64,000 bases of DNA from an uncultured Acidimicrobiales bacterium (GTDB lineage Bacteria; Actinomycetota; Acidimicrobiia; Acidimicrobiales; SZUA-35), in NCBI GenBank assembly GCA_937922805.1, contig CALAJV010000001.1:179734-243733 (forward strand), given 5' to 3'. The notes beneath the pieces were generated by a model. The model was not told the origin of the DNA and did not search any database. It was given only the letters and a program-made list of their open reading frames with translations. Positions within the stretch are counted from its first letter, which is position 1. Each line of letters starts with the position of its first letter. Below are positions 19,992-30,441 of this stretch, one piece after another. The position numbers and the translations under genes are program-made.

Positions 19992-20912
19992 GTGGTGAAA
20001 CCACTTTTAGCAGAATGGGGAGAGCGCCAGGTTCGTCTCTCCGACAACGTTAGCGTTCTCGTCGGCGATGAAAACGGAGCATATCCCAGCGGGAACTCAG
20101 TCTTGGTCGAGGGCCGGGGCGAAGTAGCCCTAATCGACCCATCGGTGTCGGTGGTTAAAAAGGGAGGAGCGCCCGTAGCTATAGACGCCATCATCAATTC
20201 TCACGGACACGAAGATCACATGTCTGGCAATGGCTTCTTCGGTGACGCCCGCCTCCACATTCACAACGACGACAAGATGGCGGCCGAATCACTCGACGGC
20301 CTGTTGAACCTCTACGGCCTCGAGGGCCAACCTCGGATCGATTTCGCCGCCCAGATCCAAGAAGAGTTTTTCTACCAGGCTCGACCGGACGCACAAGGAT
20401 TCGATGATGGCCACACATTCGACCTTGGTGGCGTGTCGATCGAAGCCATGCACCTCCCTGGACACACCCGAGGCCACAGCGGCTTCAAGATCGACAATGT
20501 GTTCTTTCTCTCCGATATCGACCTGACCGGGTTCGGACCGTACTACGGCGATGCATGGTCCGACTTAGAGCAGTTCGATGCGAGCTTACATAAGGTCCGA
20601 GAAGTAGAAGCTGACTGGTACGTCACCTACCATCACAAAGGCATCATTGAGGGGCGGGATCTATTCATAGAGATGGTCGATAAGTTTCACGCGGTCATCG
20701 ATCGACGGCACCGAGAGATGCTCGAATTTCTCGGTGAACCCAGAACAGTGGAGGAAATGGTATCGAATCGATTCGTTTATCGACCTCACGTTGAACACGT
20801 TTTCGCCGACACCGTAGAACGTCGAACCGCCAACCTTCACCTGGAACGCATGATCAAAAATGGGGAAGCGGTCGAAGTCGAAAGCGGCAAGTTTCAAAGG
20901 GTTAGGACGTGA
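19992..20912 (+). CDS. MBL-fold metallo-hydrolase
   Basis: SHGHEDH, HLPGHTRGH and DIDLTGFGPYYGD motifs. Confidence 0.88.
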   Translation: MVKPLLAEWGERQVRLSDNVSVLVGDENGAYPSGNSVLVEGRGEVALIDPSVSVVKKGGAPVAIDAIINSHGHEDHMSGNGFFGDARLHIHNDDKMAAESLDGLLNLYGLEGQPRIDFAAQIQEEFFYQARPDAQGFDDGHTFDLGGVSIEAMHLPGHTRGHSGFKIDNVFFLSDIDLTGFGPYYGDAWSDLEQFDASLHKVREVEADWYVTYHHKGIIEGRDLFIEMVDKFHAVIDRRHREMLEFLGEPRTVEEMVSNRFVYRPHVEHVFADTVERRTANLHLERMIKNGEAVEVESGKFQRVRT

Positions 20913-21862
20913 CCAATCCAAACGTAATCCACGTTTACCCATCCGGCCTTTCGCGCTTCGTTACCGAGCTCTTAGCCACTCGGTTTCCCGCTACTGAGAT
21001 CATCCACCTTGAAGATGAACAGGCTTTCGTAACAGCCCTACCCGACATCGAAATTTTTTTCGGTCTCCATCAACCAAAAGGCCACTGGGACAAGGCGAAA
21101 AAGCTGAAGCTCATTCAAGTCCCGGGAGCAGGCGTCGACTCGGTACTACCAGATACGTCGATCGCCGACCACGTTGCCATCGGCAACTCGATTGGCGTCC
21201 ACGAACCGGAAATGCCCGAATTCATCATCGGACTGTTGTTCGCGATCACAAAGCAGATTCCGAAGCTGGTCGAGCGGCAACGTAACCATCAATGGAAAAT
21301 TGTGGTTCCCGTGACGTTGTCGGGAATGACTGCCTGTGTTGTTGGACTAGGCACCATTGGGCAAAGCGTCGCCCGACGACTGCGGGCACTCGACATGGTT
21401 GTGACTGGTGTGCGCCGGTCGGGCGCACCTGTAATCGACGTCGACCGAGTGGTCACTCCTGAACAACGGGCCGACGTGCTAGCGAACGCCAACGTGGTCA
21501 TTGTGATAACGCCAAAGACTCCTCAAACAGAAGGTTTGATCGGCGGCGACGAAATCGCTCAGATGCCATCAGGCAGTTGGCTAATTGATGTGTCTCGGGG
21601 TGGTGTAGTCGATCTGGATGCAGTCGTAGCCGCATTGGCCTCGGGCCATCTAGCTGGAGCGGCTGTGGATGTTTTCCCGGAAGAACCGATTGCGGCCGAC
21701 AGCCCCCTGTGGGATGTCCCTAACCTGCTCATTACCCCTCATACCGCCGGCTTCAGCCATAACTACTTTGAGCGAACGGTCGATCTGCTATCTGACAACG
21801 TAAGGGCAGTGCTTGACGACACACCGTTGGTCACGCCAATAGACCGCACCCGAGGGTATTAG
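20909..21862 (+). CDS. D-2-hydroxyacid dehydrogenase family protein
   Basis: GLGTIG, DVSRG, DVFPEEP and ITPHTAG motifs; GTGA overlap with the upstream gene. Confidence 0.92.
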   Translation: MTNPNVIHVYPSGLSRFVTELLATRFPATEIIHLEDEQAFVTALPDIEIFFGLHQPKGHWDKAKKLKLIQVPGAGVDSVLPDTSIADHVAIGNSIGVHEPEMPEFIIGLLFAITKQIPKLVERQRNHQWKIVVPVTLSGMTACVVGLGTIGQSVARRLRALDMVVTGVRRSGAPVIDVDRVVTPEQRADVLANANVVIVITPKTPQTEGLIGGDEIAQMPSGSWLIDVSRGGVVDLDAVVAALASGHLAGAAVDVFPEEPIAADSPLWDVPNLLITPHTAGFSHNYFERTVDLLSDNVRAVLDDTPLVTPIDRTRGY

Positions 21863-22008
21863 CCAACTCTTGGAAGAAGAAAACACTTGAATCAAGATGC
21901 ATCAAGGATCAGATGACTAGATCATTACGATAACGCGGTCCTTTGACTATGAATAGGGGTGACTCTAGGCTACGAGGTGGTACGTAAGCGCCATGGCGCC
22001 ATGTACCT

Positions 22009-22050
22009 GGAGGGGAGGCTCGTGAGGGAAGCCTTCCCTCCGTCCTTTTT
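22009..22050 (+). terminator. Terminator-like hairpin just upstream of the giant surface protein gene
   Basis: GGAGGGGAGGCT-9nt-AGCCTTCCCTCC (12 bp) followed by GTCCTTTTT. Confidence 0.5.
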
Positions 22051-22086
22051 GGGCCGCAGGACTAACCCCGGTCCAGCTTCCGCCGA

Positions 22087-25000
22087 TTGGTTTGGATCTG
22101 GGTTACTACCAAACCTTCCGCTGAAGTTGTCTTAGGATGGCCTTTTCGCGTCGTAGCGGCAGTGCTTCTCATTGGGGCATCTCTGATTACTCCAACACCG
22201 GCAACCGCTGACCTCCCGGGGGTCGACCCCGATGTGCACCCGACCTACCAGTGCGACGGCACGGCCTACCTAATGCTAAACGGCACCTATTCGACGGTAT
22301 CCCCTGACCCGGCCAACCCAGGCAGCTGGATCGCAACACCGGTCCCTGTGACCACCACTATCGGCAACTCTCTGGGTTATGACCCGGTTTCCAACTATGT
22401 CTACGGAACGGCTGGGAACAACGTAGAGATCTACGATGCCGCGGGTGGGCTTGTGTCGTCGGTTCCGTTACAGGCTCCTTGGCCAACCGGGGCATCGCTG
22501 TATTCTGGCACCGTCCTCGGGGACGGCACGTACATAGTCGGCTCGTGGGGGCGAGGGAATGGGACCGGATGGTACGGGGGGAATCGCTATAACCTGTGGA
22601 TTGCCGACCCTCAGACTGGCGCCATTACCCATATCGGGTCAACTCCACGGTCAGAGGCCGATTTTTCCTATAACCCGCTCGACGGGTATTTGTATCATGC
22701 TTCGGGCGGCTTCGTAACTCGATGGGATCCAATAACGGCGGCCGAAGTTCGTATCGATGTTCCAGGTTGGAGCGAAACTGGTTTTGGTGGCTCGTGGTTT
22801 GACGCCGCTGGCAACCTCTACCTCTACAAAAACGGGACCGGGGAAATTTGGCAAATCTCCGACCCGGGTGGTTCACCAACCGCTTCGCTCGTCGGCACCT
22901 CGAGCACCGCGGGAGGAGTAGATGCAACGTCGTGTGTCGGCGAGACTGATTTGTTGAAAGATGTAGTCGATAGCGCTGGAAATCCCGTCCCGCTAGCTGA
23001 TCGAACGTATCGTCCGGGTGAAATCGTCACCTACGCGTTCACTCTTATCAACAATGCGATACCAACCGGACCCCAACCGTTGACGGTCTGCGACACCTTC
23101 GGAGACGGACGAACCTTTACCGGCAACTTTTCCGACCCAACTGGCACGGCCACCTTCGATACTCCGCTAGGAGCTGGGGACACGTCGATGTGTATGACCG
23201 TTGACGTTCCTTCATCGCTGTGGACCGATCCCTACACCCCAGGAGGTTCACCAGTCACAGTAACGATCGACGTGCAGATCCCTCCGGATTTCGTTCCTGG
23301 CGAGTATGAAAATCAAGCGTGGCTAGACATAGACGGTGACCGGACGACCGCTGAGGTGTTATCAGATGATCCGGGCGACCTATCTGACGGAGAAGATCCG
23401 ACGACCGTTGAGGTAACCGGAAAACTCGAAGTGTGGAAAGAAGTATTCGGTCACCCGACTAACAACGACACTGATAACTTCCTCTTTACCGTTACCTGTA
23501 CAAACCCTGACGCCACAGTCCACGAGGTGCAGCCGACCAGTATCGTCGGCGCTGGCACGCAAACCCAATGGCCGGGAGCAAGCGTAAACAGTTTTACGCT
23601 CACCAATGGCGATCGTGTCGACATTTGGGATCTTCCAGCTGGGGCGTCCTGTGTTACCTCAGAAACAACTGGCCCCTACTACCCCACCAGTTGGTCTGAC
23701 GACTCCGGCAGCGTCGGCAACTCTGCGTCAACCACAAACATCATTGATCAGCCCATTGATAGCGAACAGGCAAGGCTGCGGAACTACACCTCGATTTTCA
23801 CGGTCACAAAAGCGACGAACGTCCCAGATAGCGCTTTCGATCTCGATCCGCTCGGCCAATTCGACGTACAAATCGAATGTGAAAGTCTTGATGGAACGAT
23901 CTACTCGCAGAACCACACCATCACGGTCGACACCGCGACTGGCCCGGCCTCTGCCACCGGCACAACAGTGGACCCAGCCCTTCCCTTGCTACCTCACGCG
24001 ACGCTGTGCTCTGTTACCGAGACGGTACCTACCGGGTGGGAGCTAACAGCTTCTAGCGGCACGACGTTCACCACGTCGTGGACCACAGCCCGAGACGTTT
24101 CACTTACCAATACGATGCAGGTCGCAGATCTGACAATCAACAAAACAATCGTTGGGCTACCCCCCGAAGTCGACCCGGCCGACTTCTCATTCGAAGTAAC
24201 CACTACGTGCAGCGGCGACTCATTCGCTTCCGAACCAGCCCCTATTGTTCAAACGTTGACTCCAGGTTCGCCAGCAGTCATCTCTGACTTGCCGGTAGGA
24301 GCAAATTGCACGGTAGTCGAAACTCCTGATCCGTCGTTCACCACCGCGTACTCCGTCCCCGGCGGTGTAGTCGACGTAGTCGCTGACGGTTCGACCCTTG
24401 ACATCACCAACACCACCGGCACCTTTATCATCGAGAAGTTCACGACGGTCGACTCAGATCACCCGATCGACCCCTACGGCACCTTCCTCTTCGACATCGA
24501 ATGTTCTCTAGGTGGAGCTGTTGTCTACACCGGTACCCACTCGCTCACCACCGACACAGCGACCAGTGACGGATCAAGCGGTGGCATCACCTACGACGAA
24601 CTTCCGCTACTACCACCAGGATCCGAATGCGTGATAACAGAGCAAGATCCTGGTTCTGAATGGACTCAACAACCAAGCAACGGTCCACTAACTATAGCTA
24701 TCGACCCGGCTGAGCCGAACACCGCTACATTCACCAATCAACGCAACGTGGCCGACGTAACAATCACCAAAGAAATCGTTGGAGCTCCCCCTGGTCTCGA
24801 TCTGTCGTCGGTTCAGTTCGACGTGTCGGTTGCATGCACCGGAGGCTTTGAGCCTGCTGGAGCCATCCAGACGTTTGACGGCACGATTACCGCGGCAACC
24901 GACTTTGTTGTTGAAGACCTGCCCGTCGGGACAACCTGTGCCGTAACCGAAGCGACCGACCCAGCCTACGTCTCGACCATGTCGCCCGAATCCGGCGAAA

Positions 25001-28000
25001 TCGTGCTCGATCAAGACGGCGAATCGGTGCGTTTAACTAACGCGACTTCATGGTTCGATGTCTCCAAGTCGACAACCGGTGCATCCACTCACCCCCTTGA
25101 CCTAGACGGCGACTTTAGCTTTAGCATTGTTTGCACCGGTCCAGATGGAACTGACCTGTACGACGAAACTGTCACCGTCACAACCGACGGTCAATCCGGT
25201 TCTGTGGGGCCAGCAACCGACCCGGCCCTTCCGTTACTGCCCCCAGGTTCTACCTGTGAGGTCGAAGAAACGGTTCCAGCCGGATGGTCGGTCACCTCCG
25301 CTAACCCGCAGTCGATAACCACAAGTAGCGATGGCGGAGCAGTGGCGTTTACTAACCAGCGCCAAGTAGCCGACCTCACCGTCACCAAAGTCATCGAAGG
25401 GTTACCGGTTGGCCTTGATCCTGAGTCGTTTGGGTTTACCGTTTCGGTCAGCTGCAGTCCAGGGTTCGACGCTAACCCGCTCGTTTTGACCGACCTGACA
25501 CTTACGACCGCTCAGCCGCTCGTCATCAGTGACCTTCCGGTCGGGGCAACCTGCACGGTAACCGAAACGGCCGACCCGAGGTTCGCAGCCACCTATGACC
25601 AAGCCGAAGTCGTAATCGACGTCGACGGTTCTGCGCTCACGATAACGAACTCAACCGGTACCTTCGAACTGGTAAAAGTGGCTCAATCCTCCGGGGTCAC
25701 AACTATCGACCTGGCTGAGACTTTTAGCTTCGATGTCGAGTGCGAACGCCCCGACGGAACGCAATACGCTGCCACCCATACGCTCACCACTGGAAGCGGC
25801 ACCGCAGGAACCGCAACCGCGTCTTCTCCGACTCCCAGTTTGCCAATTCTGCCGGCCGGAACAAGTTGCACCGCTACCGAGCAGACACCACCGGCCGGTT
25901 GGTCGCTCGCTAGTCCCGAACCGGCTACATTCACCATCAGCGCAAACCAAACACCTACTGCCGCATTTACCAATGACCGGCTTATCGGCGACCTGACAAT
26001 CAACAAGACCTTGGCTGGCGTCCCTGTCGACCAAGATCTGGGTGACGAGGAGTTCCTGGCTGACATCACGTGCGCCGGCGACTTTGTTTCCGACCCGTTG
26101 GTCCTCACCGACGTAGCGTTCACCGCTAACACACCAGCAATCATTCCTGACTTACCGGCCGGAGCCGTCTGCACCGTAACCGAAGACCCAGATTCAAGGT
26201 TCACAACGTCGTATTCGACCCCCGCTCCCGATGGTCTGTCGAGCGTCGTTACGGTTCAGGCCAACGGCTCTAACGTCGAGGTTGTCAACGCTACGGGCGA
26301 GATCATTGTCGCTAAGCAATCAGTGGTTGACCCTGATCATCCAATTGAATGGGTGGAAGAATTCTCCTACCGAATCGTGTGTATCACCAGCGGCGGAGCA
26401 ACCGCCTACGACAATCTGCACACCCTAACGACGTCAACTGCGACGACTACCGGCGGCTTCGGCTCGATTGGCTGGGGCGAACTGCCGCCGATCCCGGCTG
26501 GATCAACCTGTACCATCACCGAGGAAGACGAAGATCACTGGACCTTGGCTAGCCCCAACAGCCAACAGCTCTCGGTAGATCCGAACGTTGCAACCACTGC
26601 GTCGTTTGTCAACGAACGAAACGTCGTGGATCTTACGGTTCGCAAGGCAATCGAGGGCCTCCCCGCTGACCTGGAAGACACCGACTACTCGTTCACCGTG
26701 GATCTACGGTGCACCGGACCGTTCACTGAGGATCCGTACCTGATTACTGATCAGACCATAAGCGTTGGCTCAGACCTTGTGGTAGCTGACCTACCTACTG
26801 ATGCAACCTGCTCGGTTGCTGAACGACCAGAAACCGAATTTAGCTCGTCCTACAGCCCCGACGATGGAACTGGAACCGCGGCCGAACTCGTCCTCTCCGA
26901 TGCCCCAGCGGCATCCAACCTTGCCGAAATCACCAACTCGGTCGGGACCATTGGAATCTTCAAATCGACATCATTCGCCGGCTCCCAACCAATAGACATC
27001 GTCGAAACATTCTCGTTCACCGTCGTTTGCGATAACGGCCTCAATTCGACCCACTCCGTAACTACCGATGGTGTTGCACCAGAAGCTGGGACCGGCTCAA
27101 CCGTCGTGCCACCGTTACCGCTCCTCCCAGCCGGGACCGAGTGCACTGTGTCCGAACTGTCACCGCCAACCGGCTGGACCCTTGACTCGCCTGCTTCGGT
27201 GCAGCTAACGGTTACCACCACCGGCGAGCAAGTCGCCAACTTTGCCAACGTCCGAAATACGGCCAACCTGACTGTCACCAAAACTATCTTCGGCACACCT
27301 AACGGCACCGACCTCAACGATGACGAGTTCATTGTTGATGTCACCTGCACCGGGGACTTCACCGCTAGCCCGTTAGTTGTCGCCGATCAGGTTGTCACGG
27401 TCAACACACCATTGGTGATCGCTGACCTTCCAACCGGAGCAACGTGTTCAGTCGTTGAAGATCCGGACACTCGTTTCGTTACCAGATACAGCGCCACCTC
27501 AGTAGAGATCGACGATGACGGAGCCGATCTTGGTGTGATCAACCTTGGTGGCGAGCTGCTGGTTGAAAAGACCACCACCTTTGATTCGGCTCACCCGCTA
27601 GACCCAACAGCAACGTTCGAGTTCACTATCGTCTGCAGCAATGTTGAAGGGACCGAGATCTACAACGAGGTTCACCAACTGGACGCTGTTATCACCTCAC
27701 CAACAACCGGGTTCGCTTCCGTCAGCTACAACCAGATTCCACTTCTCCCCAACGGTGCCACCTGCACGGTAACCGAATCTTCGATTCCGACTGGCTGGGT
27801 CTTGACCACCCCGAACGATGTAGTGGTAAGCATCGATTCAGCCGCTCCTGCTACCGCGTCGTTTACCAACGAACGACAAACCGGAGAGCTCGTCATCACT
27901 AAAGAACTACTTGGACTACCAGAAGGCGTAGACCTATCGACCGCCGAGTTTGACGTGACTGTGAGTTGCTCTGGTGACTTCGTTACCGACGCTCCAGACA

Positions 28001-30423
28001 GCGCCTACGAAATTGTTGGCACCGTCTCTGCCGCTACCGATATGGTTATCACCGGGCTGCCTTCCGGTGCTGTTTGCACGGTCGTGGAAGATCCTGGTTA
28101 TGCCTTTGCCGTGACGGCCACCCCAGCGAACGGTGAAGTAACGATCCTGGCCGACGAACAGGTTGGCGTCGACCTTGTCAACCGGACCGGCGAGTTAATG
28201 ATCTCAAAAGCGACCGAGGCCCCAAGCACTCACCCCGTCGATCCGACCGGAGTGTTCGAGTTCCGAATCGAATGTGATAACGGCCCGATCCCGTACGCCG
28301 AGAACGTCTCAATCAACGTTGACACACTCACCGCATCGGGAGCCTGGGGCGCTCTTCGCTATGACGACCTGCCATTACTCCCGAACGGTACGACCTGCGA
28401 CATCTCCGAAACCGGCGGCTCTGAAGGGTGGACGCTGACGTCAGATGAGACCGTAACTCTGGTCATAACTTCAGACGGTGTCCAAACTGCCTCATTTACT
28501 AATTCGAGAGACACCGCTGATCTCACTATCGAGAAGGTTCTTCGAGGGGTTCCGGCCGAGATCGATTTGGTGAACGAGCCATTCGAGGTAACCGTTACTT
28601 GTACCGGCGACTTCAGCACTGCTCAACCGGACCAACCATACGAGCTGGTCGTAACCGTTTCAGCTCAGCAAGGGGCGGTAATCAAAGATCTACCTACGCT
28701 GGCGGACTGCACCGTCGCCGAAACCGAAGACCCTCGATTTGTCGCATCGTATGAACAAGCCGGGCAACTAGATAGCGATGGCGAGACGGCTACTATTACC
28801 AATGAGACCGGGTCTTTTGCCATCATAAAACACGCCCGCGTTTCTTCATCCCACCCCGCCACCCCACAAGGCTCCTTCAACTTCGACATAGTCTGCGTCG
28901 GACCTGATGGAACCGAGTTGTTCAACGGCTCGACCACTATCACGACCTCATCGATTGATGACACCAGCGCGAGCGGAACGTGGGGCCCACCATCGACGCC
29001 GCTATTGCCGGCCGGATCGACGTGCGAGATGAGCGAGCAGAGCAATGTTGAATGGATGCTAGTCGACCGACTAGGCGGACCGCTACAAGGCGAAAACGGC
29101 TTTGCGATCGAGGTCGGCGTAAATCTCGTTGAAGTAGAGTTCACCAACGAACGCAACGTGGGCTCGCTCACAGTCACGAAGTCGCTCGCCGGACTCGACC
29201 AAAACCAGGCTGTCGAACTGGAAAACGAACTATTCGACGTGATCGTCGAGTGCTCGGGTCGCTTTGGTGTTGACGAGATCGGGGCCGAGCGTGTTTATCA
29301 GGTTCCAGGGCCGACCCAGATATCGGCTGCTACCGAACTGGTCATTCCCGGCCTCCCTGTCGGGGCCACCTGTCAAGTACGAGAAGTACTTGATCCCAGG
29401 TTTACACCGACCTACCTCACCTCAGCTACCGGGGCTACTGACGGTTCGGTCATCATCGCTGCCGATGGTGAGCCAGCTGAAGAACCAGGCGGAGAACTGG
29501 CGCCGGCTGGCGTACTAACTAACCACGTTCACGTCACCAACTCCACTGGGCATCTACTCCTCGTCAAAAACACATCGACGAATTCGGCGGTGCCAATCGA
29601 TCTCACCGGCGATTTCAATTTCGAAGTGCTGTGCGATAACGGTTACACCGGTATCCACGTCGTTTCGGTTGATGCCGTGGTTGACGGGGGCATGGCCGGA
29701 GGGCTAGCCGCTAACGAACTTGCCATGCTGCCGACCGGAACAGTCTGTGAGGTGACCGAAGTCGACCTTCCTCCAACTTGGGTTCTCCGGTCAGATCCAA
29801 CGGTGACAATAACGATCGGAAGCGAACCCGCCGTCGCCACCTTCGAGAACGAACGTTTGACGGGGTCGTTGGCGCTGTCAAAGCGAATTATTGACTGGCC
29901 CGAAAAGGCTGAGCCTGCAACCGATTCGTTCCCCGTCACCGTCCGATGCGAAGGATCGTTTGTTGACGGCGTATACGAGACCGAAGTACAGCTTGGCGAC
30001 GGCGAAAATGTCACGATCGATGGGTTGCCACTGGGAGCAAGCTGTTTCGTAGACGAGATCGTTAGTAGTGACTTGTGGGAACCGGCCTATGACCACAACG
30101 GGACTGCAATCGAGAGCCAAACGATCGTCGTCGAAGGCGGGCAGGCCTCAACTACTGATCTTGCCATTGTTAACTCCTACGTTGGACCTCCTTTGACCAC
30201 CGAGCCCGATCCCGATTCCCCTGATGATCCCGACCCCGATGGTGGTTCGGATCCTGACTCAGGAAACGGTTCGGGCAGCGACTCCGGCAACGACGAGCCT
30301 GACTTGGCCTTCACTGGGCCCGCTCATCTTCGTTCGTTGACAATGATCGCGTTGGGATTGGTCGCGGCAGGAATCGCCGGAGTCGGTTCAGCTCGACGAC
30401 GAGGAAATAGCCACCAGCAGTAG
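22087..30423 (+). CDS. Giant sortase-anchored surface adhesin (beta-propeller-like head, 21 DUF5979/CnaB-like repeats, LAFTG sorting signal)
   Basis: Signal peptide ..PATA-D; N-terminal GYDPVSNYVYG/YNPLDGYLY blades; tandem ~105-aa repeats; PD/GS-rich linker, LAFTG, TM helix, RRR tail. Confidence 0.9.
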   Translation: MVWIWVTTKPSAEVVLGWPFRVVAAVLLIGASLITPTPATADLPGVDPDVHPTYQCDGTAYLMLNGTYSTVSPDPANPGSWIATPVPVTTTIGNSLGYDPVSNYVYGTAGNNVEIYDAAGGLVSSVPLQAPWPTGASLYSGTVLGDGTYIVGSWGRGNGTGWYGGNRYNLWIADPQTGAITHIGSTPRSEADFSYNPLDGYLYHASGGFVTRWDPITAAEVRIDVPGWSETGFGGSWFDAAGNLYLYKNGTGEIWQISDPGGSPTASLVGTSSTAGGVDATSCVGETDLLKDVVDSAGNPVPLADRTYRPGEIVTYAFTLINNAIPTGPQPLTVCDTFGDGRTFTGNFSDPTGTATFDTPLGAGDTSMCMTVDVPSSLWTDPYTPGGSPVTVTIDVQIPPDFVPGEYENQAWLDIDGDRTTAEVLSDDPGDLSDGEDPTTVEVTGKLEVWKEVFGHPTNNDTDNFLFTVTCTNPDATVHEVQPTSIVGAGTQTQWPGASVNSFTLTNGDRVDIWDLPAGASCVTSETTGPYYPTSWSDDSGSVGNSASTTNIIDQPIDSEQARLRNYTSIFTVTKATNVPDSAFDLDPLGQFDVQIECESLDGTIYSQNHTITVDTATGPASATGTTVDPALPLLPHATLCSVTETVPTGWELTASSGTTFTTSWTTARDVSLTNTMQVADLTINKTIVGLPPEVDPADFSFEVTTTCSGDSFASEPAPIVQTLTPGSPAVISDLPVGANCTVVETPDPSFTTAYSVPGGVVDVVADGSTLDITNTTGTFIIEKFTTVDSDHPIDPYGTFLFDIECSLGGAVVYTGTHSLTTDTATSDGSSGGITYDELPLLPPGSECVITEQDPGSEWTQQPSNGPLTIAIDPAEPNTATFTNQRNVADVTITKEIVGAPPGLDLSSVQFDVSVACTGGFEPAGAIQTFDGTITAATDFVVEDLPVGTTCAVTEATDPAYVSTMSPESGEIVLDQDGESVRLTNATSWFDVSKSTTGASTHPLDLDGDFSFSIVCTGPDGTDLYDETVTVTTDGQSGSVGPATDPALPLLPPGSTCEVEETVPAGWSVTSANPQSITTSSDGGAVAFTNQRQVADLTVTKVIEGLPVGLDPESFGFTVSVSCSPGFDANPLVLTDLTLTTAQPLVISDLPVGATCTVTETADPRFAATYDQAEVVIDVDGSALTITNSTGTFELVKVAQSSGVTTIDLAETFSFDVECERPDGTQYAATHTLTTGSGTAGTATASSPTPSLPILPAGTSCTATEQTPPAGWSLASPEPATFTISANQTPTAAFTNDRLIGDLTINKTLAGVPVDQDLGDEEFLADITCAGDFVSDPLVLTDVAFTANTPAIIPDLPAGAVCTVTEDPDSRFTTSYSTPAPDGLSSVVTVQANGSNVEVVNATGEIIVAKQSVVDPDHPIEWVEEFSYRIVCITSGGATAYDNLHTLTTSTATTTGGFGSIGWGELPPIPAGSTCTITEEDEDHWTLASPNSQQLSVDPNVATTASFVNERNVVDLTVRKAIEGLPADLEDTDYSFTVDLRCTGPFTEDPYLITDQTISVGSDLVVADLPTDATCSVAERPETEFSSSYSPDDGTGTAAELVLSDAPAASNLAEITNSVGTIGIFKSTSFAGSQPIDIVETFSFTVVCDNGLNSTHSVTTDGVAPEAGTGSTVVPPLPLLPAGTECTVSELSPPTGWTLDSPASVQLTVTTTGEQVANFANVRNTANLTVTKTIFGTPNGTDLNDDEFIVDVTCTGDFTASPLVVADQVVTVNTPLVIADLPTGATCSVVEDPDTRFVTRYSATSVEIDDDGADLGVINLGGELLVEKTTTFDSAHPLDPTATFEFTIVCSNVEGTEIYNEVHQLDAVITSPTTGFASVSYNQIPLLPNGATCTVTESSIPTGWVLTTPNDVVVSIDSAAPATASFTNERQTGELVITKELLGLPEGVDLSTAEFDVTVSCSGDFVTDAPDSAYEIVGTVSAATDMVITGLPSGAVCTVVEDPGYAFAVTATPANGEVTILADEQVGVDLVNRTGELMISKATEAPSTHPVDPTGVFEFRIECDNGPIPYAENVSINVDTLTASGAWGALRYDDLPLLPNGTTCDISETGGSEGWTLTSDETVTLVITSDGVQTASFTNSRDTADLTIEKVLRGVPAEIDLVNEPFEVTVTCTGDFSTAQPDQPYELVVTVSAQQGAVIKDLPTLADCTVAETEDPRFVASYEQAGQLDSDGETATITNETGSFAIIKHARVSSSHPATPQGSFNFDIVCVGPDGTELFNGSTTITTSSIDDTSASGTWGPPSTPLLPAGSTCEMSEQSNVEWMLVDRLGGPLQGENGFAIEVGVNLVEVEFTNERNVGSLTVTKSLAGLDQNQAVELENELFDVIVECSGRFGVDEIGAERVYQVPGPTQISAATELVIPGLPVGATCQVREVLDPRFTPTYLTSATGATDGSVIIAADGEPAEEPGGELAPAGVLTNHVHVTNSTGHLLLVKNTSTNSAVPIDLTGDFNFEVLCDNGYTGIHVVSVDAVVDGGMAGGLAANELAMLPTGTVCEVTEVDLPPTWVLRSDPTVTITIGSEPAVATFENERLTGSLALSKRIIDWPEKAEPATDSFPVTVRCEGSFVDGVYETEVQLGDGENVTIDGLPLGASCFVDEIVSSDLWEPAYDHNGTAIESQTIVVEGGQASTTDLAIVNSYVGPPLTTEPDPDSPDDPDPDGGSDPDSGNGSGSDSGNDEPDLAFTGPAHLRSLTMIALGLVAAGIAGVGSARRRGNSHQQ
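23419..30180 (+). repeat. 21 degenerate protein-domain repeats alternating between A and B subtypes
   Basis: Each unit reads LT(I/V)xK...C...LPxGxxCxVxE...(F/I)TN. Counted by eye from the translation. Confidence 0.85.
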
Positions 30424-30441
30424 GTCGCTATCGGCCTGAAG

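Noticed and set aside
23419..30180. CRISPR array or recent DNA tandem repeat
   Set aside because: The repetition is only at the protein level inside one ORF. There are no identical DNA repeats with spacers and no cas genes.
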